DNA of 64,000 nucleotides from Ptychomitrium polyphyllum. Taxonomy: Eukaryota. Both the position numbers and the translations under genes were made by a program. Positions 40,601 through 53,348 of this stretch are shown here, piece after piece. Position 1 is the first letter of the stretch. Each line of letters opens with the position of its first letter. Where the stretch lies: assembly GCA_973851085.1 (NCBI GenBank), contig OZ316775.1, positions 14,384,001 to 14,448,000 on the forward strand, in the 5' to 3' direction. The notes below the pieces were generated by a model that saw only the letters and a program-made list of their open reading frames with translations, did no database searches and was not told the origin of the DNA.

Positions 40601-41803
40601 TTTAATCGAGCTTTTGCATCACAATCTAGAATAGCTAAGACTAAAACAATATCTTTGTAGACTTAGCATGGATCCTAAAATGTAATCCACCATTAAATAA
40701 AATCTATTAAAAAATTTCTTCTTACATTGGAATTAAATCTTTATGTTTTATTAAGGTACATATGATACATATAACTAAATACATTCAAGTTTATATATAA
40801 GGTGATTTTCTTGTGATTGGAGTATAATAAGATTTACCTTCATATACTTCACAGTTAGTTCTATAGTGAACATAACATTTATCAATACTTGAAGTAACTT
40901 AATGTCAACTTAGAAAATAGGAAATCAACAACAAATGATAATGAAGGCATATGTCTCTAAATGTATAAAGACATGAGTCTAATTTTATGACTTGACTTGA
41001 CACACAGACTCCCTCCATCTTTTTAACGGAATCATCGCTTTGAAAGGACGGAACTTAGTGCAATCCTTGCCTAGCATTGCATTCCAATCTGCTCAGTTGG
41101 GGGATTCCACATCGATCTCTGCTGGAAGTGAAGTGATGGCTGTTTTCACATCTCTGCACATGCGTCGGTGGCTACACCGGAGAGGTCCAAGTCCCGTATA
41201 CGTTTGTGAGAATTTTTTAGCTATTTGCTTCACCGTTGTTGAAATGCTTTTACTTCTGAATCATTCTTGAAAGGTTTTACCTTCATCAGTGTTGAAAGTT
41301 TCAAACGGTCACTTCATTGTTGTTGAAACTTTCAGTGATCGAGTTAAACACTGGAGCAGTTCAGAAACCAAGAGGTGGAAAATTGACAAGCTCAACAATT
41401 GTTACAACCCCAAGCAACTAAAATTTGAAGAAATTTGCTGAAATGTGATGTTGGTGATGTTTGTGAAAATTGTTAAGACGTGATGCAAGAAGCAGGTAGA
41501 GTGGAGGGATTGTCTGGCGGACTAGCTATGGAGGTAAGAGGTGAAGCTCCGCCTCTGCCGCCACCGAACCAACGCAACCTTTCATCGCCATCCAGTGGCT
41601 TCTACTTGCTAAAGCTGGAGCCTTGGCGGAGGAAGACGACTCCAAGAAACAGAGGGAAGCGCTTTCATTGAAGATGAGATCGAGAAGCAGAGCGCTGTAT
41701 AAGGATGGGATCATTAACCGTAGTTGTTCTTCTTCTGGATATGATTGAAGCAGGAAAGGATTTAGTTCAGAGTTGAATTTGCTTTGGAGAAGCGGATATC
41801 AGA

Positions 41804-44800
41804 ATGGCACCACCATTGGAGAAATACCTTCCGCCTGGCTGTAAGTATGTGGAGCCTGATATTCCAGCAGAGAGCCCTATCACAAGACAGCGACGACAAC
41901 GACAGGGGCAGTGGCGATGTGGAAGCGATGTGGTACAGCACAGCCGACCATGGTTTCAAACGTCCTCTCCGCCCTCACCACCCATGAGTCCCTTATGCTC
42001 CCCACCGAGGAGTCGAGGACTGTCTCCGAGGTCGCCACCCAAGAGTCCCTTGTGCTGCCCTCCAAGTAGAAAAGTGGTTTCTCCACCGAGGAGTATAAAA
42101 TGCTGCTTCCCGAGCCAAAGCCGATCCACCTCTCCATGCAAAAGTCGTGCAAGCTCTCCTTCAAAGAGCCGCCCAGGCTCCCCTGCGCAATCCTACTCGT
42201 GCTGCCGAAGGCCCAGCGGACCCTGCGCCCCGCAGCGAATCAGCCGACCATGCTCTCCTGTGGTGCGCTACTCGTGCCCAGTGTCGCCCAATCCGCGGTC
42301 CCTTGTGCAATCACTTCCCAGTCCTGCAGGCAAGGTGCCGTTTACCCCTTGCACCTCTCCGCTGCATCGAGTGCGAACCCCCAGCTTGTCTCCATTGAGC
42401 CGGCGGTCAACTCCGAGTCCCGATGGGCGCATTCGCCATGCGAAGCCATGGAATGTAGGGGAAGGACACCCGGGAGCGACCTTCGAGGAGATTGAACATA
42501 AGAAATGCGCTCGTCCTCCGGGAAAGCAGCCACCTCTGGCATTCGGATCATTTGACATTCCCCCTGTGCATACTCTTATTGAACCTCGGGAGCGGCACCA
42601 CTTGCACCACGTGTCTAGGGAGGAACCAGGGAAACTGCACCCAGCGTGTGCACGAGGTGATCACTCAACTCTCTTCCTCGGTTTTGGAAAGCTCTCTTCT
42701 TGTTTATGATGAGGCTTTGTCGCTGTTGGTAACGAACCATCATTAGAGTTATGAAAGCTTAAACGACGAGTACAGCTAAAGAAAATCATGAATGTGGTCG
42801 TTGAAAATCCGGGATTTAATATTATGTCAAGTGCATCTGAGAAGATCCAATAAGAACTCGACTGATGCTTGCAATATGCAGAAAATTTATGGTTATAGTG
42901 TCATTGAAAGGAGACGTTAAGTGGTATGATTTTGGGGCTTGAGTTGTAGCTCGGTTGTGGTAGATTTTATTGAGATCAACATTAGTCCATAGCCAGGAGG
43001 TTATTAATGAATTAAAGATTTTTTCTTTTATACCAGGACCTCGTGCCCATCCTCGTAGAACTTGGAACTCCTGCAGCCATCAGAGTGAAATCAGAGTGCA
43101 AGAAGTTTATTTACCCCCGACTAATTTGAGACCTGGGTCGATCCGTGGTGGTGGATCCGCCACAATTAAAGCTCCGTCGTTACCCCCTGTGACCTCACTC
43201 TGGGAGCCTGTGCAAGCTATAGGCGTCACCAAAATTCGAGCCCTTGATCCCCTGAACCTAGACAAATTTCCAGGATATGAGCCACGCTCTCCCAAGAAGG
43301 ATGAATGTTCGTGTCCCGGTTCTCCCTCTTCCTCTGGGCGTCCTCTTAGCCCAGGAAGAGCTGTCCTATCGAGTATATCCTCCTACTTTGGAAGCGCGCC
43401 ACCTCATGATGGTGATTTAAAATCACTAGCTGTAAGACCACAAGAGAGAGCCACAGCTGGAAGGGTACAGAACTCTTACACCATTTTGAAGTTTAAAAAA
43501 TCCTGTGTCGCTGATATTGAACGTAGGTTTCAAGGTCATACTTCACCTTTGCTGCACACTCATCGTCTTCATGTCCGTTCATCAGAAAGCTGGTATGGAT
43601 AAGTATGGATATATAACACTAGCACAGTTAAGTGCCGCGTTGATTTTTCTTAACTTGCCTAAGTAGGACATCTCTTAGGACTTGTTTGAAAAAACCTCGA
43701 AAATATTATCCTGCGTATGGTAGAGCTCAGTTCTAATATAAAGAATCTTCTACGACAATCGTGAATCTATTGAGAAGATGAATCCTTTTATTTTGATCCA
43801 AGGAAATCAGCTGTCGATCGATATTGTTTATTAGGGGAGTCTGCAAAGTGCTTTGGAGGTCTGGAAACTAATCTTTTCGAGGTTTTTGCATGATTTTACT
43901 GAGTCTTTGATTTTTACGCGGTCGTTGGCACATACAGGCCTGCTAGTAGTATTCTTGATGAGGCTTACTTTGTCTGTATTAACGAAAAATCTGATTACGC
44001 TAAGCTTACATGACAATGAACCTGCAGGGTGAAGTTATCCTGGTAAACCATTTCAAAGTGAAAGATTCCTTCAAATTTGGCAACATCTATGTTAAAAAGA
44101 TGACTATAACACCACGAACTTCAGATGTTGTGAGAAAGAGAATTGTGGATTTTATGAAAGCCAAAATACAAAACATATTTGGAAGTCAACCAACATTGGC
44201 TTATGATGGAAGTGATTTTCTGTACAGTAATGGAACCTTTCCATTTGGAACACTATGTGAGCGGTATTATCTCCCGCCATTAGAGAGGTAATGATCTCGT
44301 ATCTTGAGCAATCTTGCTTTCTCTAGCTTTGTTTGCCTTTTTATACATGTAACATATGATATTGAAGATCAGTCTAGACTTGCGTTCTCCAAGTTTGCAA
44401 ATCTTTTCTATAACACAACGTATAAAAATACTTTTGCATACCTTTGTGCGTTGTACAATATAGGCAGAATCATGCATATTATGAAGTAAAATTGGAGCCC
44501 AAAGGAGCTCTTAGTGGCAAGTCTCTCCAAGATTTTATCTTAGGTGATGGTGCGTCTAATTATCAAGAGTACATCAAAGCACTTGGATGCGTTATACGAG
44601 AACAACACCGGAACAACTGTAAGGTAGTCCAGGTAGGTTCATATTTGTACTATCCGGATGCTTCGTACGGTGCTCCAGTAAACAGGTTTATCTACTCTTC
44701 TTTTGGCTTCTTCAAAAGCTTGAGGCCAACAAAGCAAGGACTAGTTCTCAATGTGGATGTTTCGATTGGTGAATTCTTCGGAAAAGACCTCAAAACGGAA

Positions 44801-47800
44801 ACGGTACTAGTCTTTGTGATGGAAATAATGAACCGAACACTGAAGTCGAAATTCTGTAAACACTTAAAAATGGATCACGTACAACGGTAATTGCTCTGAA
44901 AATCGAGTACCATGACGAACTCAATGTGATAAGGTTGAAAGTTAGAGTGTCTGAATGCTTTGATTTGAATTACATACTGTTTGGATGTGTAATTTGATTC
45001 TTATTACATGGTGTAAACTGATTACGAATGAGATTTTGTATGTTCAACGAGAGCTGGGGTTCAGTGTTGCTCACTAGTTCTAAAATTTCGAGAAATGATT
45101 TCTTTTTTGCGAATTGAATTGAACTATTTTTCGGAGTGCACTAGTCTGATGTCTCAGTTTCTTATAACTGCAGAGATTTCTGTCTTGATCTTTTAATTGG
45201 TATGGAAGTGGTGCTCGACCATTATCCTGGAGCTGTTGTACGCAAATTCAAAATCGATGGCCTTACTGAAGCAGCAACAAGTCAGCTTACGTTCCGTAAG
45301 CAACCACAAAATCTACCAGATATACACCTTACAGATTATTTTAAAGAGAAATATGAGAAAGAAATAGTGTGGAAACTTCTACCATGCTTGATTTTGAAAC
45401 CAACCAAACGAAACATTTGGGTTCCTATGGAGTTGGCAAAGCTCTCCCCGCTAACTAGATTTATGGGTAAAGGAAATCTTAAAGGGAGAAGTGCTTTGCA
45501 ATTTGAAAATTCTTTGAAGAGTCCGGACACAAGGTGCAAAAGAATAGCTGAAATGATGGAGGAAAAATATTCTGTTGATATCAACCGTCCGATAAGGTAA
45601 AAATTCGAATCAGTAATGGGTTGGACGTCTGCATGAATGTAGAGGTCTTATTACTCTGTCTCAGCTCAAATAGTTCCTATCACTGACCAACTCAATCTAT
45701 TGTTGCTTTGTAATGACCAGCGACCCCTTGTGTTTTGCTTTTGATCTTGGATTCCACACACAAATGACGGAAGTTCAAAGTAGAATCTTGAAAGCACCCA
45801 TTATTCAGTACAAGGATGACTCAGACCCAGTTGATCCTGGGAGGATGGCCTTCTGGGCATGGAACCAGAAACAAGCTCTTCACGATGCAAAGATCAAGTG
45901 GTGGGGCGTCTGTGATTTAACGGGAGGGAAGTTCACAAAGCGGTCAGAGTGGATTCGTTTCCTTCTGAGGTATTTTTATCCGCCGAAGTCTTCTATAATC
46001 TTATTCGCAGAAGTGTAATCGGTCTTAGAGAACCAAGCAGTACATTATATTATCAAGTATAACGTAGAATATGTAGAGATTTCCAAGTGCATATCAGATC
46101 AGAATATCAACTCTATGAAGCCAATGATATTGAAAAGGTAATTAATATTCCCAGTTGTGAGTTCAACGGTAGTTTCCTTTTGAAACTGTTTCTCTCTGCA
46201 GGGCATTTAATGTGCTGAAACTAGTTTTCTACAGTTGGGGAACAGAACGAGTTTCCTTGTTTGAATTCTCGATGTTGTCGACTATGTGAGTAACTTTCAT
46301 ACGTTGTTGTGGTGGTTCCCATTCGGCAGCCGTGCATCTGAAATGGGAATAACAATGCTCAAACCTCAATCAACTGGCAAGGCACACATAAGCCACTTGG
46401 AATCCCTTACCACAACGTTCGTTTTGATTATGAACGCGATCCCTCAGTCTGAGAAGGACTCAGGCACATATTGTCAATTGATCATTGTCGTCGTTGACGG
46501 AAGGCGAAGTCCGTTGTACAACGAAATCAAGTACTTTAGTGACATTGAGAAAGGTGTTATCGTTCAAGTTGTCAATTATTACCCCTTCCAGCAGAGTGAG
46601 TGACCAGTTCAGACCATAGGTTAAACAGAATCTCTAAATATTTTACCTGACTGAAGGCTGTTTCACAAGGCATCCTACCACCATGGGATTCTATTTGCTG
46701 TATCTGAATTCCCATCCAGTATGATGCTGGAATTACCTTCCTTCGTTGACTATTTTCCAGTAGTTGTCATTTGCTGAGTTAGCTTTTGGCTCTGCAGATT
46801 ATCTCTGCGACAAGTGCTTCAATAAGACTGCTGCAACGAACTTGCTTATGAAGATCAATTTAAAGTGCGGCGGACGCAATTTTCGGCTCCATCAGACCAT
46901 TGATCACTTGGGAAAGCTTGCCAGCATTCGAAATAGGACTACCATCTTTTTCGGAGCGGACGTAACGCACCCCGACCACACCGACCCCGACTGTCCATCC
47001 ATTGCAGCAGTTGTGGCCAGCAACGATTGGCCTGATTCAGGACGCTTCATTGCACGTCATCGTGCTCAAAAACGTTATGCCGAAATTATTGAAAACCTAC
47101 AAGAGATGGTTTTTGATCTTCTCACGGAGTGGCATCGAGCTAACCAGCATGGCCTTCCTGAGGTTAGTGCATCAATGGAATCAATCTTACTGACAACATA
47201 TCTCTTTCCCAGCTTAGAGCAAAGTGAAACTTTAGAAGCTCTGCAACAATTTGACTCTTACAAAGCCAAACATGGCATTTGAAACACATACATTTAAGTC
47301 CATACTTAGTGAATGTGGATAGTGTAGTATCCTATCGATGGTACGGATATCACGGTACTATCCAGCTTGCAAAATCAAGTTTTCAAAAGAAAACGTTTAA
47401 CTCTCTAGATGAGAATAAAGTCTTGTGTACAAGGAAAGTCTAATTTATCATGATTCAATTTGAATGTTTGCAGATCATTATTTTCTACCGCGACGGTGTG
47501 GGTGAAGGCCAGCTTCACGAGGTTCTTCAAACAGAGGTGAAAGCTGTCAAAGATGCTGCTCGTCGAGCAGCCACCGAATTGACTTCAGTACACGGTTACG
47601 AGCCCTGTATTACATTTACGGTGGTGCAGAAAAGGCATCACACTCGGTTCTTTCGGCGTATCTGCGACAAAAAGTATGCCAAGAATCCTCCAAGCATTTC
47701 AGCAGCCCTTTCTGGTTGCAGGGGTTTGAATGTACTGCCGGGCACTATTGTGGATGAGAAGATTGTGCACCCTCGTGATTTTGACTTCTACTTATGCAGC

Positions 47801-48595
47801 CATTCAGGAGAGAAAGGCACAAGTCGGCCTGCTCACTACCACATGATCTTTGATAGTACGGGATTCACGTAAGTGTTCTCTGCTATCTGTCAGTGTGCTT
47901 GTCTATTTTGTACGCAAAATTCATCTACTAGTGTAGACCAAACTTATCCTCATAAAAGTTCGCTTATAGTTTGAAGGTTATTTTTTACTTTGTCCTCCCA
48001 AGTTGCTTATGGTTCTGTGATATATAATTTTCTGACACTAAGATTCTCACGATTTAGTAAAATTCATCCCTAGCACATACTTAGATGTCGTCAGTCAAGC
48101 AAGCCTTCAGTAAACACTAGCGTAGTCCCCAGTGTTAACTGTATACTTTGTAGTTCTCTGGTTTGGGAAGTTGTATAATCTAAACCCAAGTTGATGTTGT
48201 TGGCTATATAGTACAATTTATGCAATTGAGTTGCTGGATGATATAGTCAGGAAAGAAGTGGATAACAATTTCACAGATTCGATGGCATTTGGTCGATAGC
48301 AAACAATGATGTATTGGAATGATTAAACCTTACAAGAATCAAACGTGAGTCTGATTGCAGGGCAGATGATTTCCAGAATCTTACAAACAAATTATGTTAC
48401 ATGTTTGAGCGTTGTACAAGAGCTGTCTCTATGGCTACGCCGGTTTACTATGCCCACTTGGTTGCACACCGGGCTCGAGTTTGGTACCTCGCCAAGAGAA
48501 GCAAGCGCAGAGTTGCGTGCCATCCCCAAGCATATTTCCCTGTTGTGCCTGAGAGTGCACATGTAAGAATCAGAAACAAGATGTATTTTTTGTAG
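41804..48595 (+). CDS. AGO: Divergent Argonaute, 10 exons, ~1,298 aa (long SP/R/C-rich N-extension + N, L1, PAZ, MID, PIWI)
   Basis: Exons 41804-42656, 43037-43464, 44028-44287, 44464-44886, 45174-45596, 45721-45969, 46330-46595, 46798-47162, 47474-47868 and 48361-48595 sum to 3897 nt in frame, all GT-AG. Motifs VNHFKV, FFKSLRPTKQGLVLNVDVS, DYFKEKY..LPCL..WVPMEL (PAZ), LYNEIK / NLLMKINLKCGGRN (MID), FFGADVTHP, PSIAAVVAS, YRDGVGEGQ, VQKRHHTRFF, DFYLCSH..GTSRPAHY, RCTRAVS..PVYYAHL. The core (44028-48595) is secure; joining of the first two exons is inferred. Confidence 0.9.
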
Positions 48596-50383
48596 CATCC
48601 ACACTTGTTCCACACGGCACGGCCCGGCCCGGCAATGTCAGGCCCGTCCAGTCAGACCGTATATTCTATAGAAACACGACTCCTAAGTCCCAAGCATAAC
48701 TGGGGTCGACCTTCAAAACCTTCAGAATCCGGATTTCCAGACTTTGATGAGGTGGTGATCTCCCTGTCCATGAATATTGATGCCAAGAATCACGTCTCTT
48801 GGAATAATTGATTTGGTACAAATAGTAATGTAAAGCGATGCAAGTCATCAGTCGTGATTAAATCTTCTCCAGCTTCTCCAAGAGGCCTGAAGCTCCAGCT
48901 CAACAACTGGTCTAGCTTAAGCAGCAGTACTGGTATCACTGCTCATATCACCCTGGTGGACTCAGCTCTCAGTCTTTGCACACGGCTCTAATTGTATCTA
49001 ATGGAACTCGGGGGGTAAGTAGATTTCTACTCTTGCTCTGCTTTCGCACGCACAAAATGTCAGAATTCCTCTAAAGGTAACTCAAAGACAAAGCATACAG
49101 AAACTCTCATACACAACTGATTTGTCTCAGTCCTTGGCCTAAATCTTTGCCTGGTCCGATGAACGCCATTTGAATTCATTTAGAAATGAGGAGCTCATTA
49201 ATATGTAACCAAGTAATAATTGCCATTTTATTACAAATGTTTCTACACTCTGTTTTCGTCGTTGAATCACAAATAGTACATGGAGGTGACTCAGAACAGG
49301 AGTGACGGTAACAAGGAGGGAAAAAAGCTTGCAACATCCAAACATCTTTACTTACCGATTGTGCACTCTTGTCACCAAAGGTACACATGCATCTTGTGAT
49401 TTTTATGGATTTAGCCATGTATTTTTGGGTTTGGCTCCATGAACTGGAATACTGCAGAATGAGTGTCAAACATTCGTAATATCTTCGTCATGTATTCATC
49501 ACGGTACTATCATAAATGCCCTCGCCGTAAATTCTATCGCTGGAATCTTGTATGACTAGCTGGTAGTTGATTAATCTCAATGCTCTTGTTCAATGGGGTG
49601 CACGGACAGATCTTGTGAGTCAAATTGAGCAACTTTACTAAGTCGACCTCTTTTTCTTTACGTAGAAGCTCGTTCGCAAATCTAGCAGTTTCTGTGAGAG
49701 TGAATTGAGCTTTTTAATACGCTATAACAGACGCTGCAGGAGTTTACATCAAATAATTGCTTCAAGTTTTAGGCATTCTAAACTCTCTTGCTCGCTGCAG
49801 GTTCATTTCTGATACTCGTTGCATTCTTCAGAGACCTGGGAACACCCCTCCTCAAGGTATAACTTCATTTCCATAATTTTAGTACAAGAAAAATTTCAGT
49901 GCGAGAGTATGGCCAAGTCACAAAACATTCTTAAGCTGAATGATGGACAATAAAACATCTCCTGTATTACTAATGAACAGTAACATGCATTTTACTTTCA
50001 TTGATTATCTGTTTTTCACAACACATTCCAAGCAAAGGGGACTTGCTACAGAAGAATGCTATGCTTGCAAAAACTTAATATCTAGACGTTTCCTTATCCA
50101 TGAAAGATAATTTTCAGAAAAAAATTCAACTATTCTTCTGGACAAAATTGCAGAGGCAGCTCACTGAGCTCCTAGACTTAATAACAATTCCATGGCTTCC
50201 TATGCGTGTACTTTTCATAACATAGTATGTTCATTTAATAATTAAATGAACTAAGGCACTTAGAACTTAGATGATGAGAACTTATACTTCTCTGGTCACT
50301 TTCATAGAAAAGACTGTGAAATCTTGGTATGTATACAGATGTTTTACAATCATACGCCGCTTGTTAATCTTTGACTATCTGTG

Positions 50384-50454
50384 GCGCAGCTGGTGTAGTG
50401 GTATCATAGTACCCTCCCACGGTACTGACCGGGGTTCGATTCCCCGGCTGCGCA
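50384..50454 (+). tRNA. tRNA-Gly (anticodon CCC)
   Basis: GCGCAGC...GCTGCGC-A acceptor stem, D-arm TGGTGTAGTGGTATCA, anticodon arm GTACC-CTCCCAC-GGTAC, T-arm CCGGG-TTCGATT-CCCGG; 71 nt; T4 run about 20 nt downstream. Confidence 0.97.
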
Positions 50455-52618
50455 GTCGACATTATCTAGAAGCATTTTGAGTGGTCAGCTCCAACTTAGC
50501 AAGATTTGTATCGATCAAGCCAGCTTTCACAATATCTGTAAAAGCGTTTTGCAGAGATTTGGTAAAAATCTGTTGCTGCGTCTGCGGAAATGTAAATTAT
50601 ACAGAACTTAGTGATGCTTGAAGAGTTTTTTCTATTTGCAAATAGACCGGTAAGGAAGTTGAAGTTGGCACTACCAGATCTATGATATCGGTTCCTCCCT
50701 TTGTTGGTATCGGGTCTTTCGCAAATGTCCCAAGCCCTGATCTCGCATCGCAATGAAAGGTCACTCCCTTCTGTTGCACGAAACCTACAAGTTTGGACAT
50801 AATTTGGGAGGAAGAGCTTTGATACTTTGGCGCTTATTTCTGAGAATCATAACCTTCTACGTTCCGGCAATCAATGAGCCTGTAGCAGCGCAGCACCTCG
50901 ACAGGTACCTTTGAGCGGGCAACTGTACCCTGCACCACACACTCATTCCAAATCCCATGAATCTCTCACCACTCCAATCCTGTGAGAATCTTTATACACA
51001 TTGTGCCTCGAGCTTGCAGCGCTTCTACTCGGCAATCATCTTCTCACCGAGCCGGCCCCACCCAGCTGAACACAGGCTGGTGGCTCCTACTCGCTCCCAG
51101 TTCCCTCCCGGTTGTGGGGCTCGCTTGCCACGACCTACAGTATCTTCTAACAAACGCTGATTGAATAGTCCATAGGCACAGCTAGTTTCAACATAGTGCA
51201 CAGGACACTGTCCCTTGGCAGCAGCAACAGTCGGTGAGGATATCGCAACTTTCTCCCTCCATCACCGTCCGATCTGATCAACATGGGCACGTCATCTCCA
51301 TGCAATCAATGAACGGTCAATCGGTGCCCAATCAATGGTATGTGCTAGAGTTGATACGTGGCAGATCGCCTCTCGTCCATAGCTGCCCTTGCCGAGAAGA
51401 ATATTCTAGATTCTAATGTTTGGACAAGGAGCACGTCCATAGAACCAGACTGGACCAGTCTCATCTGCTCACCTTGATGGTCAAATTAAGGCACTGCTTA
51501 AATTGAAATTCTAACAACAACACATGTTAGGGCATAAATCTATGTATGGTTTGAGTGTTAATGTTTGTGCCTTAAGGTTTTAAGTGAGAGGAATATCTGA
51601 TATTTACTATTTGGTGGTTCAAAATTTGTTAAAAAGTTAAGACTTATGAACGACTAAGTTTCTAAAACTAAGCTTCATTTTGCATATTTAGTGTCATTAT
51701 AAAAGAAAAAAAATATTTTTCTTCATTATTTAGGACAAAATATTGAAAGGTATGGCCAAGGATTTGTAAAGTTTTGGAAATTGGGATTTAAGGTTCATAT
51801 GTACATCTTTATAGTGACGATTTGCATGATATATTCTTATTCCATGCATTTGTTCTTTTAGCAAATTTATAAATCCACATTTCTTTAAATGCATTTATTT
51901 TTCTATTTCAAGAAATGCTTAATTAACAAATATGGTATGATAATATTATATATTTCTTTATTTATCTAAATTTAGATGCATACGATTGTCATCAGTATTA
52001 AATTGTCAATTTAATAGAGACATTTTAATGAAATTGTAGTCTTAAATGTTAAATGTTTTTGCCATTTATCTAAAACAATCATTCAATACATATTATTAAA
52101 AATTTAGAATTCTACATTTATTTATTCATTTCTTTTGAAAAGTTAATTTAGATTATATTATTTAAAACCTTTGAATTGACTAAAAAATGTACTAGTTTCA
52201 AAATAGAAAAAACATTAAAAATGAGTTATGAATATTGCAAATAATAGGATTTTATTTTCAATACAACATTTTTATTAAATTTAGACTTCAAAATTGTCAA
52301 AAGACAATTCCTTCCTTTAGATTTATAGATTTTAATTTTAAGGATTATTCTCATGTGACTAATATTGGTGACATATAAAATGTCAAGTCATATCTCTATT
52401 TAAATGGAGGCACCTTTTTGTAGATTTTATTAACCAAATTTTATGAAAAAATCCAAATTTAATAAATCCACATTTCAATTAATTAAATTCCATAGTACGC
52501 ATTTTAATCTTTATTGCACTTATTATACACGATTTAAAGAGAAAATTTCATCCTTTCAATAAAGTTAAATTTTAAAGTTCAGCACTGAAATTAGGTAGAT
52601 TTCGAAGTTTAGCGACCT

Positions 52619-52674
52619 GACCTGACCGAAGCTACAAGCAGACCTGACCGAAGCTACAAGCAGACCTGACCGAA
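52619..52674. repeat. 22-bp tandem repeat (~2.5 copies)
   Basis: gacctgaccgaagctacaagca at 52619 and 52641, plus partial gacctgaccgaa at 52663. Confidence 0.9.
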
Positions 52675-53348
52675 CGGGGAACCTAGGTGTGGGGGGGGCA
52701 GTGTCTCCCCCCAACGGGACCCGCGACCAGGGGGACAATGGACAGGAAATCCCAACGAGGCCATGGCGGTGGGGAGCATCACTCTCCGAGGCGTCAAAAA
52801 TCCCGCCATCGCACCCGCGAGGCTGCATCGCGTCTGTAGCACGGCGTTCCGAGCTTTTGCTTCCCACGCCATGCTTTGTTTCTGTTTGACTCGTGGACCG
52901 CGGGCACAGGGGGATTCGCTTTCGGGGATTCGCTTTCGGAGATTCGAACCTTCACCGCTGTGCCTGGTGTAAGTTGCGCATAGGGAGGTGCAGATATCTG
53001 AGAAGTCAGCATCGACAGCTTTGGCGCCATTAAAGGTTGGAGAGGATGCTTGATCAGAGTTTGTGGCCAACACCATGAGCGTCGTCGCATGCGTTTGTGT
53101 GTCGGTGTAGGAGTTTGGACGTCAGTGTTGTGGGGTGCTTTGATGCTTCTTGTGTGGAATTGGGCATCGCTGGCGGTTGAGAGTTTCGGGCATCGTTGTT
53201 GGTGGCTGATGGTTCTTGTGCAGGCAGGGATGTGAAGCCGGGGAGGGTTTGCAGGAGGGAGGGGGCGCCAGGCACCAGGCGCATGGCGTACCGGGATTGG
53301 GAGAGGTTGGGAGAGATCGGAGCGCCGTAGACGTGACGGGCTGTGAAG

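Noticed and set aside
41528..41671. 47-aa ORF upstream of the AGO start as an extra first exon
   Set aside because: Its donor-like site (gag|gtaaga) has no nearby acceptor giving an open frame into ATG 41804 (in-frame TGA at 41774). At most a uORF.
50455..50600. Possible dicistronic tRNA-Gly-snoRNA as known in angiosperms
   Set aside because: A T4 Pol III terminator follows within about 25 nt, and no C/D box pair was recognised.
52619..52674. Repeated 22-mer resembling a mini-CRISPR
   Set aside because: Copies are adjacent with no spacers, there are no cas genes, and the DNA is eukaryotic.
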